Source: Thermoproteota archaeon
Lineage (GTDB): Archaea; Korarchaeota; Korarchaeia; B14-G2
Reading direction: 5' to 3'
Length of the DNA stretch: 64,000 nt
NCBI GenBank assembly: GCA_037917675.1
Contig: JAVCBW010000013.1
Span: forward strand, 1-64,000
Each line of letters opens with the position of its first letter. Position 1 is the first letter of the stretch. Positions 19,760 through 28,126 of the stretch are shown in pieces. The position numbers and the translations under genes were made by a program. Under the pieces are notes generated by a model. The model made no database searches and was not told the DNA's origin. It saw nothing but the letters and a program-made list of their open reading frames with translations.

Positions 19760-20735
19760 AGACTTCCTTGAGACAGGTGAAGGCTACTTCTTCTGTGTTA
19801 TTGGAAGCAAACATCCAAAGAGCAGGGTTCTAGCTTACTTGAAGTATGTGAAGAGTAACCAGGGGAGATGGGGGAGAGAGGCTTTCAGAGCTAAGAGGAT
19901 ACTTAGGTACTATACGATGGAGTCTCTTAGAGAAACCTTGGAATATCTCAAGAGAGAAGCTCCTTGGTACATCATAGAAGCCCCGTGTATAGGGTCTTTC
20001 TCAGCTGTCCCGAGGAGGAGAGTCATTAAGCACTATATCCCAGAGGAGAGGCTTATACAGCTGCTATCAGAGAATGGAAGAGATCCATTGGAGGAGAAGG
20101 CGGTTAGCTTAGCCTCTATGCTAGCTGACAAAGCTGGGATAAGCGAAAGGAGGATGGGGATTACTGGAAGCATACTTTTAAACATACATAGACCTGAGTT
20201 CTCTGATATAGACCTGACAGTATATGGTAGAAGTGAAGCAGCTCTGGTGAAAGAGGCTTTAGCTGAACTATATGCCAGTGGAGTACTTAAGAGGAAGATG
20301 GATACAAGTACGTGGAGAACAGACTCCATACCGCCACGTAGGTTGGAAAAGCTTCTTGAGAGAAGGTGGAATAGAGGAGAATACGCGGGGACAGACTTCT
20401 CGATTCTGGCATGTAAGGAGAGGAGCGAGCTAGGGAGTTTAAATTTGAAGAGCTGCATAAAAGTCGGGAGAGTAGTCTTAGAGGCTATTATAGAAGACGA
20501 TGAAGAGGGTATTTTCTATCCAGCTGTCTACAGGATAAGTAGGGTACGTGTTCTTAAGGGGGCTGTAAGAGCTAAGCCAGTAAAGCTCGTTTGCTTCAAC
20601 TCGCTTTACTCAGGAACACTACTCCCAGGAGATACTGTCGAAATTAGAGGGGAGCTCGAGGTAGCTGATGATGAAGCTAGAGTTGTTGTGGGATCTCTTT
20701 CGCTGGCTGGCAGAGATTATGTAATGCTTAAGTGA
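19737..20735 (+). CDS. Predicted nucleotidyltransferase (COG1665-like), copy 2
   Basis: DRDFLET...HP...AYLKY; GITGS...SDIDLTVYG; C-terminal RGELE. Confidence 0.78.
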   Translation: MLLKIADRDFLETGEGYFFCVIGSKHPKSRVLAYLKYVKSNQGRWGREAFRAKRILRYYTMESLRETLEYLKREAPWYIIEAPCIGSFSAVPRRRVIKHYIPEERLIQLLSENGRDPLEEKAVSLASMLADKAGISERRMGITGSILLNIHRPEFSDIDLTVYGRSEAALVKEALAELYASGVLKRKMDTSTWRTDSIPPRRLEKLLERRWNRGEYAGTDFSILACKERSELGSLNLKSCIKVGRVVLEAIIEDDEEGIFYPAVYRISRVRVLKGAVRAKPVKLVCFNSLYSGTLLPGDTVEIRGELEVADDEARVVVGSLSLAGRDYVMLK

Positions 20736-21627
20736 ACAGATCCTTTAGATAGATCTTAACTGGACCCAACCTTCCTCCAAAGTTTACAGCAGATATCTTT
20801 ACGACACCATCCACTTTTGTAGCTGCCTCTATACCAGCTTTAGTGGCTTCCTTTATCTTATCTAGTGATATAGCGTTGAATACTATCTCGTAGATCGCTG
20901 AGGCCTGTTCTGGAACCTGAGAAGAGGGGACGCTCTCTCTCAGCATAGGACAGAATAGGTGGTTTGTTGATGCAGGGAGCTTGTACTTCATTGACCCCAC
21001 CTTAGACCCTGACCTGCATACTCCACCTGGGAAGGGTAATATTACACCACCCACCCTCTTTATGGCTTCTACAGCTTCCTCAGCAGCCTTTAAGGCAGCC
21101 TCCTTTGTGGCCCCCATGATGATGAAGTTCCCACCAGCAATACCCCTCTTTGCACCAAAGCGGTCCTCGATTAGAAATGCCCCCTCCATCACTGGAATCA
21201 CCCACATTACTCTGCCGTATATCTCCTTTTTCTCTTCAAAGCCGTCTCCAAACATCCTTATTGCATGCCCAATTTTAAGCCTCCTCTTTGCCTCAGGTAG
21301 CGCATCAAATGCAGCTGTCGTCGGGCAAGTCATGATGCACTGGCCTATCCTCGCTATCATCTGGGCTTTAAGCAGAGGTCTTGTCCTCTGATATATCTGT
21401 ATCAGTACACCTGGGCGGCCATCAGGGGTATCTGACGGGGCAACAGCAGACTCGATTCCTGCTTCAGCAGGAGACATTATGATTGATGACCCGAAGCCCG
21501 TTGCAGCTTGAGCTGCTGCCATAGCCCACTTTTCGCTGTCAGCAGTTATCAGCACTCTACCAACCCACATTGGAAACAGCTCTGCGAAAGCTGCATCATC
21601 TACCTCAACACCATTAACTATGGGCAT
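20728..21627 (-). CDS. ftr: Formylmethanofuran:tetrahydromethanopterin formyltransferase
   Basis: AEAGIE, TPDGRPG, RIGQCIMTCPTTAAF, GGVCRSGSKVGS, ASTNH, NFGGRLG; ATG 21627 preferred. Confidence 0.95.
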   Translation of the reverse strand: MPIVNGVEVDDAAFAELFPMWVGRVLITADSEKWAMAAAQAATGFGSSIIMSPAEAGIESAVAPSDTPDGRPGVLIQIYQRTRPLLKAQMIARIGQCIMTCPTTAAFDALPEAKRRLKIGHAIRMFGDGFEEKKEIYGRVMWVIPVMEGAFLIEDRFGAKRGIAGGNFIIMGATKEAALKAAEEAVEAIKRVGGVILPFPGGVCRSGSKVGSMKYKLPASTNHLFCPMLRESVPSSQVPEQASAIYEIVFNAISLDKIKEATKAGIEAATKVDGVVKISAVNFGGRLGPVKIYLKDLFT

Positions 21628-21677
21628 AGTCGCACCCTTAGCCTTCAATCGAGGTGATTAAATACTTAATGTAGAGA

Positions 21678-22508
21678 TTAGATCTCCTCCAGGTACTCCT
21701 CATACTTCTTGAGATGAGGATTATTTCCCACCGAGACATATAGCTTCCCCTCGCCGTCCTCACCTAGGTCACCTATGAACACATAGAATGGGCCAGGTAC
21801 TTTCTCACCTCTAACCTTGACTGACTTCTTTATAGTGTCTATTGTAAAGCTAGGTAGTACTGATGGTATTCTACCGAGGACTACTATTGTCCCCTGGGTC
21901 ATCTGAGCACCAGCTCTCTCACCTATGTTTCCCTTTACCAGTATGGTGCCACCAGACATATGTACTCCAGTAAACTCTCCAGCATTCTTTTCAACTATTA
22001 TGACTCCGCCCTGCATCCATCCTCCAGCTTCGTATCCACAGCTCCCATGTATTACTATGCAGCCACCTTTCATACCCTCTCCAGCACCCCTATATGAGGC
22101 GCCTACTGCGTCTCCTGCGTTACCATATACCTCTATTTCACCTCCTGACATGCTTGCACCAAGCCAAGCACCACAGGTTCCGTGAACGACTATCTTGCCT
22201 CCACTCATCTCTTCACCAAGGTATAGGCCTCCACTTCCCCTAACTTCTATCATGCCTGCAGACATAGCTTTACCTAGCTTCCTGAACCTCGGAGAGCCCT
22301 CGATCAGTATCTTGATATCTTCTGGGCTATCTCCTAGCTCTCCAGATATTTCGAAAAGGTCGCTAAGCAGCTTCCTCTTATTACCATACTGCACCTCTAG
22401 CTTCCTGACCTCATCGAGAGTCATGGATGAGAAGCTATCTGGTGAAACACAGCTTAGATCAAGTGGGACCTTAATTTCAATCTTGGGTCTAAGAGCTATT
22501 ACACCCAT
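21678..22508 (-). CDS. fwdC: Formylmethanofuran dehydrogenase subunit C
   Basis: Repeated G..MxGG.I.V.G beta-helix motifs; ATG 22508 preferred over 22601. Confidence 0.92.
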   Translation of the reverse strand: MGVIALRPKIEIKVPLDLSCVSPDSFSSMTLDEVRKLEVQYGNKRKLLSDLFEISGELGDSPEDIKILIEGSPRFRKLGKAMSAGMIEVRGSGGLYLGEEMSGGKIVVHGTCGAWLGASMSGGEIEVYGNAGDAVGASYRGAGEGMKGGCIVIHGSCGYEAGGWMQGGVIIVEKNAGEFTGVHMSGGTILVKGNIGERAGAQMTQGTIVVLGRIPSVLPSFTIDTIKKSVKVRGEKVPGPFYVFIGDLGEDGEGKLYVSVGNNPHLKKYEEYLEEI

Positions 22509-22664
22509 GTTTCCATCCCGCTTCTCAGCTAGTGATGGGGGTTCAACCTTGAGTATAATAGTTTTTAGAAACTTAAGGCCTGCTGGGAGCTGGAAGATCA
22601 CCTAAACCTTAATAATGGAAGGCTCGAGTACCCCTACTTGAAGTGAATTGGCGGTGATCGAGGC

Positions 22665-23036
22665 TTGAAGCATATCAAAGCAGTCCTTATAACTGGCAGA
22701 AGCTACTCTCAGGGTATGGGTATCGAGTTTGGAAAGCTATCTCAGCAATATAAGAGGATCATGAGCTACTGTGAGATGAACGAGGAAGACATGAGAGAGA
22801 TAGGCGTCATAGCAGGCTCACCTGTCAAGCTAAAGAGTAAGAGAGGAGAGCTTGTACTGAAAGCAGCTAAGCCTCTTCAAGGCGTCCCTAGGGGGGTGGT
22901 GTTTGTCCCATATGGACCCTGGATCAACAAGATCATAGAGGAGAAAACACACTCTACAGGGATGCCCAGCCTTAAGGGGATAGAGGTAGAGATTGAGCCT
23001 GCAGAGGAGCATGAGTTAATGGGAGATGGGGGGTAG
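22665..23036 (+). CDS. fwdD: Formylmethanofuran dehydrogenase subunit D
   Basis: LITGRSYSQG, VFVPYGPWIN, THSTGMPSLKG. Confidence 0.92.
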   Translation: MKHIKAVLITGRSYSQGMGIEFGKLSQQYKRIMSYCEMNEEDMREIGVIAGSPVKLKSKRGELVLKAAKPLQGVPRGVVFVPYGPWINKIIEEKTHSTGMPSLKGIEVEIEPAEEHELMGDGG

Positions 23037-24336
23037 CTTGAAAGAGATTAGAGATGTAGTATGCCCTTTCTGCGGCTGTCTATGTGACGACTTAGCCATC
23101 TTAGTTGAGGAAGGTAGGGTAGTAGGTGTGAAAAACGGCTGTGCACTGAGTATAACCAAATACCTGAACTACGGTAGAGAAAGGTTGAGTAAGCCCATGG
23201 TGAGAAAGGATGGAAGCCTTGAAGAGGCTACCCTAGAGGAGGCAGCTGATAGAGCAGCTGAGATCCTAGCGGGAGCAGACTACCCTATATCCTATGGATG
23301 GTCTAATACAAGCTGTGAGGCCATAGCTGTGGGAGTCGAGCTCATGGAGGAGGTTGGAGGGGTGATAGACAACACAACAGTGGTCTGCCATGGGCCTAGT
23401 GTCCTTGGGATCCATGAGGTAGGGCATCCGACATGTACACTAGGTGAGATTAAGAATAGAGCTGACCTCATAATCTACTGGGCTTCAAACCCCCTTCAGT
23501 CCCATCCTAGGCACCTATCTAGGTATACTGTGATGGCAAGAGGGAAGTTTAGGAGAAACCGGGATGACAGAACGCTTATAGTCGTAGACGTGAGGAAAAC
23601 CTATACAGCAAGAGTAGCAGACTACTTTATCCAAATACATCCTGGAAGGGACTACGAGCTTCTCTCTGCGCTGAGGACAGCTGTCAAAGGAGAGGAACTG
23701 GAGCAAGAGGAGGTGGCTGGTGTCAGGAAGGAGTATATAGAGGAGATAGCTGACCTCCTGATCTCATGTGAATTCGGAGTACTCTTCTGGGGTGTAGGGC
23801 TCACAATGACAGGAGGAAAGTACAGAAACATAGACTTGGCGATATCTCTCATCAGAGATCTCAACGCGTACACGAAATTCGTCATGATGCCTATGAGAGG
23901 ACACTATAATGTGACTGGCGCGAACGCTGTTTTCGCATGGCAGACAGGCTATCCCTATGCTATAGACTTCAGCCATGGATATCCGAGGTACAACCCGGGT
24001 GAAACATCTGTCACAGACATACTCCTTAGAGAGGAAGCAGATGCGGCACTGATAGTTGCGTCAGATCCAGCTTCAAACTTTCCGAGGAAAGCAGTCGAGC
24101 ATCTGAGCAGAATACCGGTGATCCTAATAGATCCAAGGTGGACTCCGACAACAGACCTAGCTGAGGTGGTGATACCGACTGCGATGCTGGGCATAGAAGT
24201 CGATGGGACAGCCTACAGGATGGATGGCGTCCCATTACATATGAAGAGAGTTGTAGATCCACCTGACGGCTTGAAGTCAGATGCTGAAGTCTTGAAGATC
24301 ATACTAGATAGGGTTAGAGCTTTGAGAGGTGGTTGA
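23026..24336 (+). CDS. fwdB: Formylmethanofuran dehydrogenase subunit B (Cys ligand)
   Basis: CPFCGCLCDD, VCHGP, CTLGEIKNRAD, PMRGHYNV, GTAYRMDGVP. Confidence 0.95.
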   Translation: MGGSLKEIRDVVCPFCGCLCDDLAILVEEGRVVGVKNGCALSITKYLNYGRERLSKPMVRKDGSLEEATLEEAADRAAEILAGADYPISYGWSNTSCEAIAVGVELMEEVGGVIDNTTVVCHGPSVLGIHEVGHPTCTLGEIKNRADLIIYWASNPLQSHPRHLSRYTVMARGKFRRNRDDRTLIVVDVRKTYTARVADYFIQIHPGRDYELLSALRTAVKGEELEQEEVAGVRKEYIEEIADLLISCEFGVLFWGVGLTMTGGKYRNIDLAISLIRDLNAYTKFVMMPMRGHYNVTGANAVFAWQTGYPYAIDFSHGYPRYNPGETSVTDILLREEADAALIVASDPASNFPRKAVEHLSRIPVILIDPRWTPTTDLAEVVIPTAMLGIEVDGTAYRMDGVPLHMKRVVDPPDGLKSDAEVLKIILDRVRALRGG

Positions 24337-26037
24337 ATGGAGCTTGTAATCAGAGGAGGCTATGTTTATGATCCAGCTAACGGAGTAGATGGAGAGAAAA
24401 TGGATATCTATGTGAGAAATGGCAAGATAGTAGAAAGCGTAAGGGAAGACAAGGCTAAGGTGATAGATGCTAGTGGAATGATTGTGATGCCAGGAGGAGT
24501 AGACATACACTCTCACATAGCTGGGACAAAGGTGAATGCTGGTAGAATCCTGAGGCCAGAAGATCACATAAAGGATCCTGACCTGAGAACCAAGTATAAG
24601 AGAAGTGGTGTCGGAAGGAGCGTCCCATCGACATTCACAACAGGATACAGGTATGCAACCATGGGCTACACGATGGTAATGGAGCCTGCTTCCCCGCCGC
24701 TGAAGACTAGACATACGCATGAAGAACTTAATGACACGCCGATAGTCGATAAGGCGTGTCTCCCGATGTTTGGCAACAACTGGTTTGTGATGGAGTTCCT
24801 TAAGGAAGGTGATGTAGATAGGTGTATAACGTATGTTGGTTGGATGATCAACATACTCAAGGGATTTGGAGTGAAGATAGTGAACCCAGGAGGAGTTGAG
24901 GCCTGGGGATGGGGGAAGAACGTAGAGCATATAGATGATAAGGTCCCCTACTTTGATATAACTCCTAGGGAAATCCTCAGGGGGCTCTGTAGAGCTGCCC
25001 AGGAGCTTAACCTACCAACATACATACATGTCCACGCTAATGCTTTAGGTAGGCCTGGAAACTTCTCGGTGACGATGGACACAATGGAATGCGTCAGGGA
25101 TCTAGCTAAAGATGGTAAAGCCAACATACACATGGTTCATATCCAGTTTAATGCGTTTGGTGGAGAAGACTGGGGGACGCTTAAATCTGCAGGCTCTGAG
25201 ATAGCAGACTATGTGAACAAGCACAGTCATGTCACACTTGACATGGGGCAGATAGTGTTCGGAGATACAACCACGATGACAGCAGATGGGCCATGGCAGT
25301 ATGAGCTCTATAAGCTGAGTGGGAATAAATGGGTTAACAGCGATGTGGAAGCTGAGACTGGTGCCGGAATAGTCCCCTATACTTTCAGGAGAAAGAGCTA
25401 TGTTAACGCGGTCCAGTGGACTATAGGGCTTGAAGTAGCTCTGCTGGTTAAAGATAAGTGGAGACTCTGCCTCTCAACAGACCATCCTAATGGAGGGCCG
25501 TTCACAGAGTACCCAAGAATAATAGCTTGGCTTATGAGCAGGGCTGCTAGAGAGAGGATGCTTAAGAGAATAAACTCGAGAGCAGCTAAGAGAAGCATAC
25601 TAAACGAGCTGGACTACGAGTATAGCCTCTATGACATAGCAATAGTGACTAGAGCTGCACCAGCTAGAATCTTAGGGTTGACGAGTAAGGGGCACCTTGG
25701 TATAGGAGCAGATGCAGACATAGCAATCTACAACCTCAATCCTAAGGAAGTAGACTTCACAAGAGACTATAAGGCTGTTAGAAAAGCGTTTAGGAAGGCA
25801 GCATACACCATCAAAGATGGGGAAATAGTTGTAAAAGACGGAGAGGTCGTAAGCTCACGCATGGGAAGGACTTATTGGACAAATATTGAAATGAGAGATC
25901 CAAGCCGAGTGGATCAGCTGATTGATGAGATAAGAGATGAATTCCAGGAGTACTACACTGTGTCGCTCTCTAACTATCCAATAGGTGAAGAGTATCTACG
26001 TAAAGGGGAGCCAATTAATGTGAAGGCTGCAATATGA
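24337..26037 (+). CDS. fwdA: Formylmethanofuran dehydrogenase subunit A
   Basis: PGGVDIHSHIAG, KIVNPGG, TTMTADGP, TDHPNGGPF. Confidence 0.96.
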   Translation: MELVIRGGYVYDPANGVDGEKMDIYVRNGKIVESVREDKAKVIDASGMIVMPGGVDIHSHIAGTKVNAGRILRPEDHIKDPDLRTKYKRSGVGRSVPSTFTTGYRYATMGYTMVMEPASPPLKTRHTHEELNDTPIVDKACLPMFGNNWFVMEFLKEGDVDRCITYVGWMINILKGFGVKIVNPGGVEAWGWGKNVEHIDDKVPYFDITPREILRGLCRAAQELNLPTYIHVHANALGRPGNFSVTMDTMECVRDLAKDGKANIHMVHIQFNAFGGEDWGTLKSAGSEIADYVNKHSHVTLDMGQIVFGDTTTMTADGPWQYELYKLSGNKWVNSDVEAETGAGIVPYTFRRKSYVNAVQWTIGLEVALLVKDKWRLCLSTDHPNGGPFTEYPRIIAWLMSRAARERMLKRINSRAAKRSILNELDYEYSLYDIAIVTRAAPARILGLTSKGHLGIGADADIAIYNLNPKEVDFTRDYKAVRKAFRKAAYTIKDGEIVVKDGEVVSSRMGRTYWTNIEMRDPSRVDQLIDEIRDEFQEYYTVSLSNYPIGEEYLRKGEPINVKAAI

Positions 26038-26038
26038 G

Positions 26039-26464
26039 GTGGGGAATGTGGAGGTGAGGCTTTACAGGCCGATTAAGAGGGGAGAGATCATTAAGCTTGA
26101 AGATGACAAGAGCATAGTGCTCTTCAGGCAGATATTGCTTAGAAAGTATGTCCTTAAACTTGACAAGGAGAGGTGTGTTGGCTGTGGTATCTGTGCAGAC
26201 ATGTGTCCTAAGTGGGCCATAACATATTATCCAGCTAAGTTCGATGGGATCAAGAGAGTATCTGAGAGGCCTAGGATAGACTTTGAAAGCGACAAGTGTG
26301 TGCTATGTGGGACATGTGTTACTATATGCCCTATGAGAGCTATTACACTAACACTAAATGATGAAGAGTGGATTCCAGTAATGAAGGGCAACGTGTTCTA
26401 TACTGTAGCAGTCAAATCATTAGAGAAGAGGTATATTGGAGGAGAGGGGGAGGAAGCTCTCTAA
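26039..26464 (+). CDS. 2x[4Fe-4S] ferredoxin, FwdF N-terminus-like
   Basis: CVGCGICADMCP and CVLCGTCVTICP; last gene of the fwdDBA run. Confidence 0.85.
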   Translation: MGNVEVRLYRPIKRGEIIKLEDDKSIVLFRQILLRKYVLKLDKERCVGCGICADMCPKWAITYYPAKFDGIKRVSERPRIDFESDKCVLCGTCVTICPMRAITLTLNDEEWIPVMKGNVFYTVAVKSLEKRYIGGEGEEAL

Positions 26465-27336
26465 GAGATGCTTTCTAGAAACTTTGGTGGTATAAAGTTC
26501 TCAGTTAACCCCAGCTCCTCTGGGGTGAAGCCCATTGCTAAGCCTATAAGCTGCGTTATAAATGCTACAGGCACTGGATCATCTAGCAGGCCCCTGTCCA
26601 TGAGCTCACGTTGCCCTGTATCAAACTGGAAGTGACAGAAGGCACATGGGGTAACTATTACATCTCCTCCAGCTCTCCTTATGTTACATACCTTCTCTAG
26701 TGTGAAGTCTAAGGCTACATCTAGTCTACCTGCTCTCACACCTCCACCTGCTCCACAGCACATGAGCTTATCTAGGTAGTCTATGCTCTCTGCTCCTGTG
26801 AGCTCGACCAGCTCATCTAAGTACGTTGGTGCCTCAGGTGAGCCATGTCTCCTTACCTTACTTGGCTTTAGGTAGTGGCACCCATAGTGGACAGCTACCT
26901 TCAAGCCCTTGAGAGGCTTCTTAATTCTCTTCTTCAGCTCCTCTGGTCCAGCATCCTCAAGTAAAACCTCTGTGACATGTTTTACTTCGGTTTTCCCCTC
27001 ATATTTCCTTCCTATTTTCGCTAAAACCTCGTTCACAGCCTCCCTCCTGGCTCTGTCCTCTAGAAGGTGGTGGGCCTCCTGTAGAGAGCCATAGCAGCCA
27101 TTACAGGTCACTACTATGTTAGCATCTAGGTCTTCAGCTAAATCTAGGTTGCGTGCGGCTAAGATCAGCCAGTTCCATAGGTCAAAGCTCCCGAAGACCC
27201 CTGGTGCAGGGCAGCAGGATGCTCCATCAAGCTCTATAACGTCCACACCAAGCTCTCTTAGAACTATCTTCGTGGCAGCTTCTATTCCAGGGTATCTGAG
27301 TGGGGTGATGCATCCGAGGAAGTAGGCATATCTCAA
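26461..27336 (-). CDS. hdrB: Heterodisulfide reductase subunit B
   Basis: YAYFLGC, SCCPAPG, CNGCYGSL, HYGCHYLKP, CCGAGGG, CAFCHFQFD. Confidence 0.95.
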   Translation of the reverse strand: MRYAYFLGCITPLRYPGIEAATKIVLRELGVDVIELDGASCCPAPGVFGSFDLWNWLILAARNLDLAEDLDANIVVTCNGCYGSLQEAHHLLEDRARREAVNEVLAKIGRKYEGKTEVKHVTEVLLEDAGPEELKKRIKKPLKGLKVAVHYGCHYLKPSKVRRHGSPEAPTYLDELVELTGAESIDYLDKLMCCGAGGGVRAGRLDVALDFTLEKVCNIRRAGGDVIVTPCAFCHFQFDTGQRELMDRGLLDDPVPVAFITQLIGLAMGFTPEELGLTENFIPPKFLESIS

Positions 27337-27340
27337 GCTA

Positions 27341-27898
27341 TCACCGCTGGATCTTCTTAAGAAAGCTATCTATCTCTATTATCTTCTGAACCTCAGCGAG
27401 AGCTTTAGGGTAACTTAGGGTTGTAGGTGGGACAGGTGATAGCCCTAATTTCTCTCGCTTCTTCTTCACCTCGTCTGTTATTGGTATAGCATGCCCCATC
27501 TTTGCAAAGTTCCTGGCTACAGCTAGGTGACGCTCAAGAGCATATCCTTCTTCAAATGCTATATTCCTTATTATTCTGACTATATCGGTGGTAGCTACAC
27601 CTCGTGGGCACCTCTCTTGGCATGTGTAGCATGTTGTGCAGTTCCATAGAGCTTCATCTGAAAGCACAGCCTCTCTCATACCGAGCTGCGTTTTCCTCAC
27701 TATGTGGCGTATTCTCCAAGCAGTTCTCCTCCCGGAGGGGCAGTCGCCCACGCAAGTGCCACATTGTATGCATGCATATAGGGTTCTGAGATCATCTTCT
27801 GGGAATATTCTGCTGCCTCTCTTTATAACCTCATCAGCGAACTCCCAGCTAGGCTGTAGCACTACTACCTGCCTACTTACAGCAGACAATGTAGTCAC
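27341..27898 (-). CDS. hdrC: Heterodisulfide reductase subunit C
   Basis: CIQCGTCVGDCP, WNCTTCYTCQERCPRGV. Confidence 0.93.
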   Translation of the reverse strand: MTTLSAVSRQVVVLQPSWEFADEVIKRGSRIFPEDDLRTLYACIQCGTCVGDCPSGRRTAWRIRHIVRKTQLGMREAVLSDEALWNCTTCYTCQERCPRGVATTDIVRIIRNIAFEEGYALERHLAVARNFAKMGHAIPITDEVKKKREKLGLSPVPPTTLSYPKALAEVQKIIEIDSFLKKIQR

Positions 27899-28126
27899 CT
27901 ATCTCGCTTGAAAGCCTCTTAGAGCTTAGCTTTTTAACATTTAGGGTCTAAATCTAGCTTCAACTGTAGCAATCGTCATGGTGTCAGAGAGCTTTATAGC
28001 ACTAGAAACGTAGTCTCAAGGTGATGGCTAAGATGATCCTAGCTTAAAGTTTAGGAGTGATTGCGTGAGAAGTGCTTAAAAAGGGGTGTAGGTGATGGAG
28101 CTGCAGGAGCCGCTCTGGTGTTTCAC

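Noticed and set aside
21925-22605. Periodic sequence and plus-strand ORFs over fwdC
   Set aside because: Explained by the Gly-rich beta-helix repeats of FwdC.
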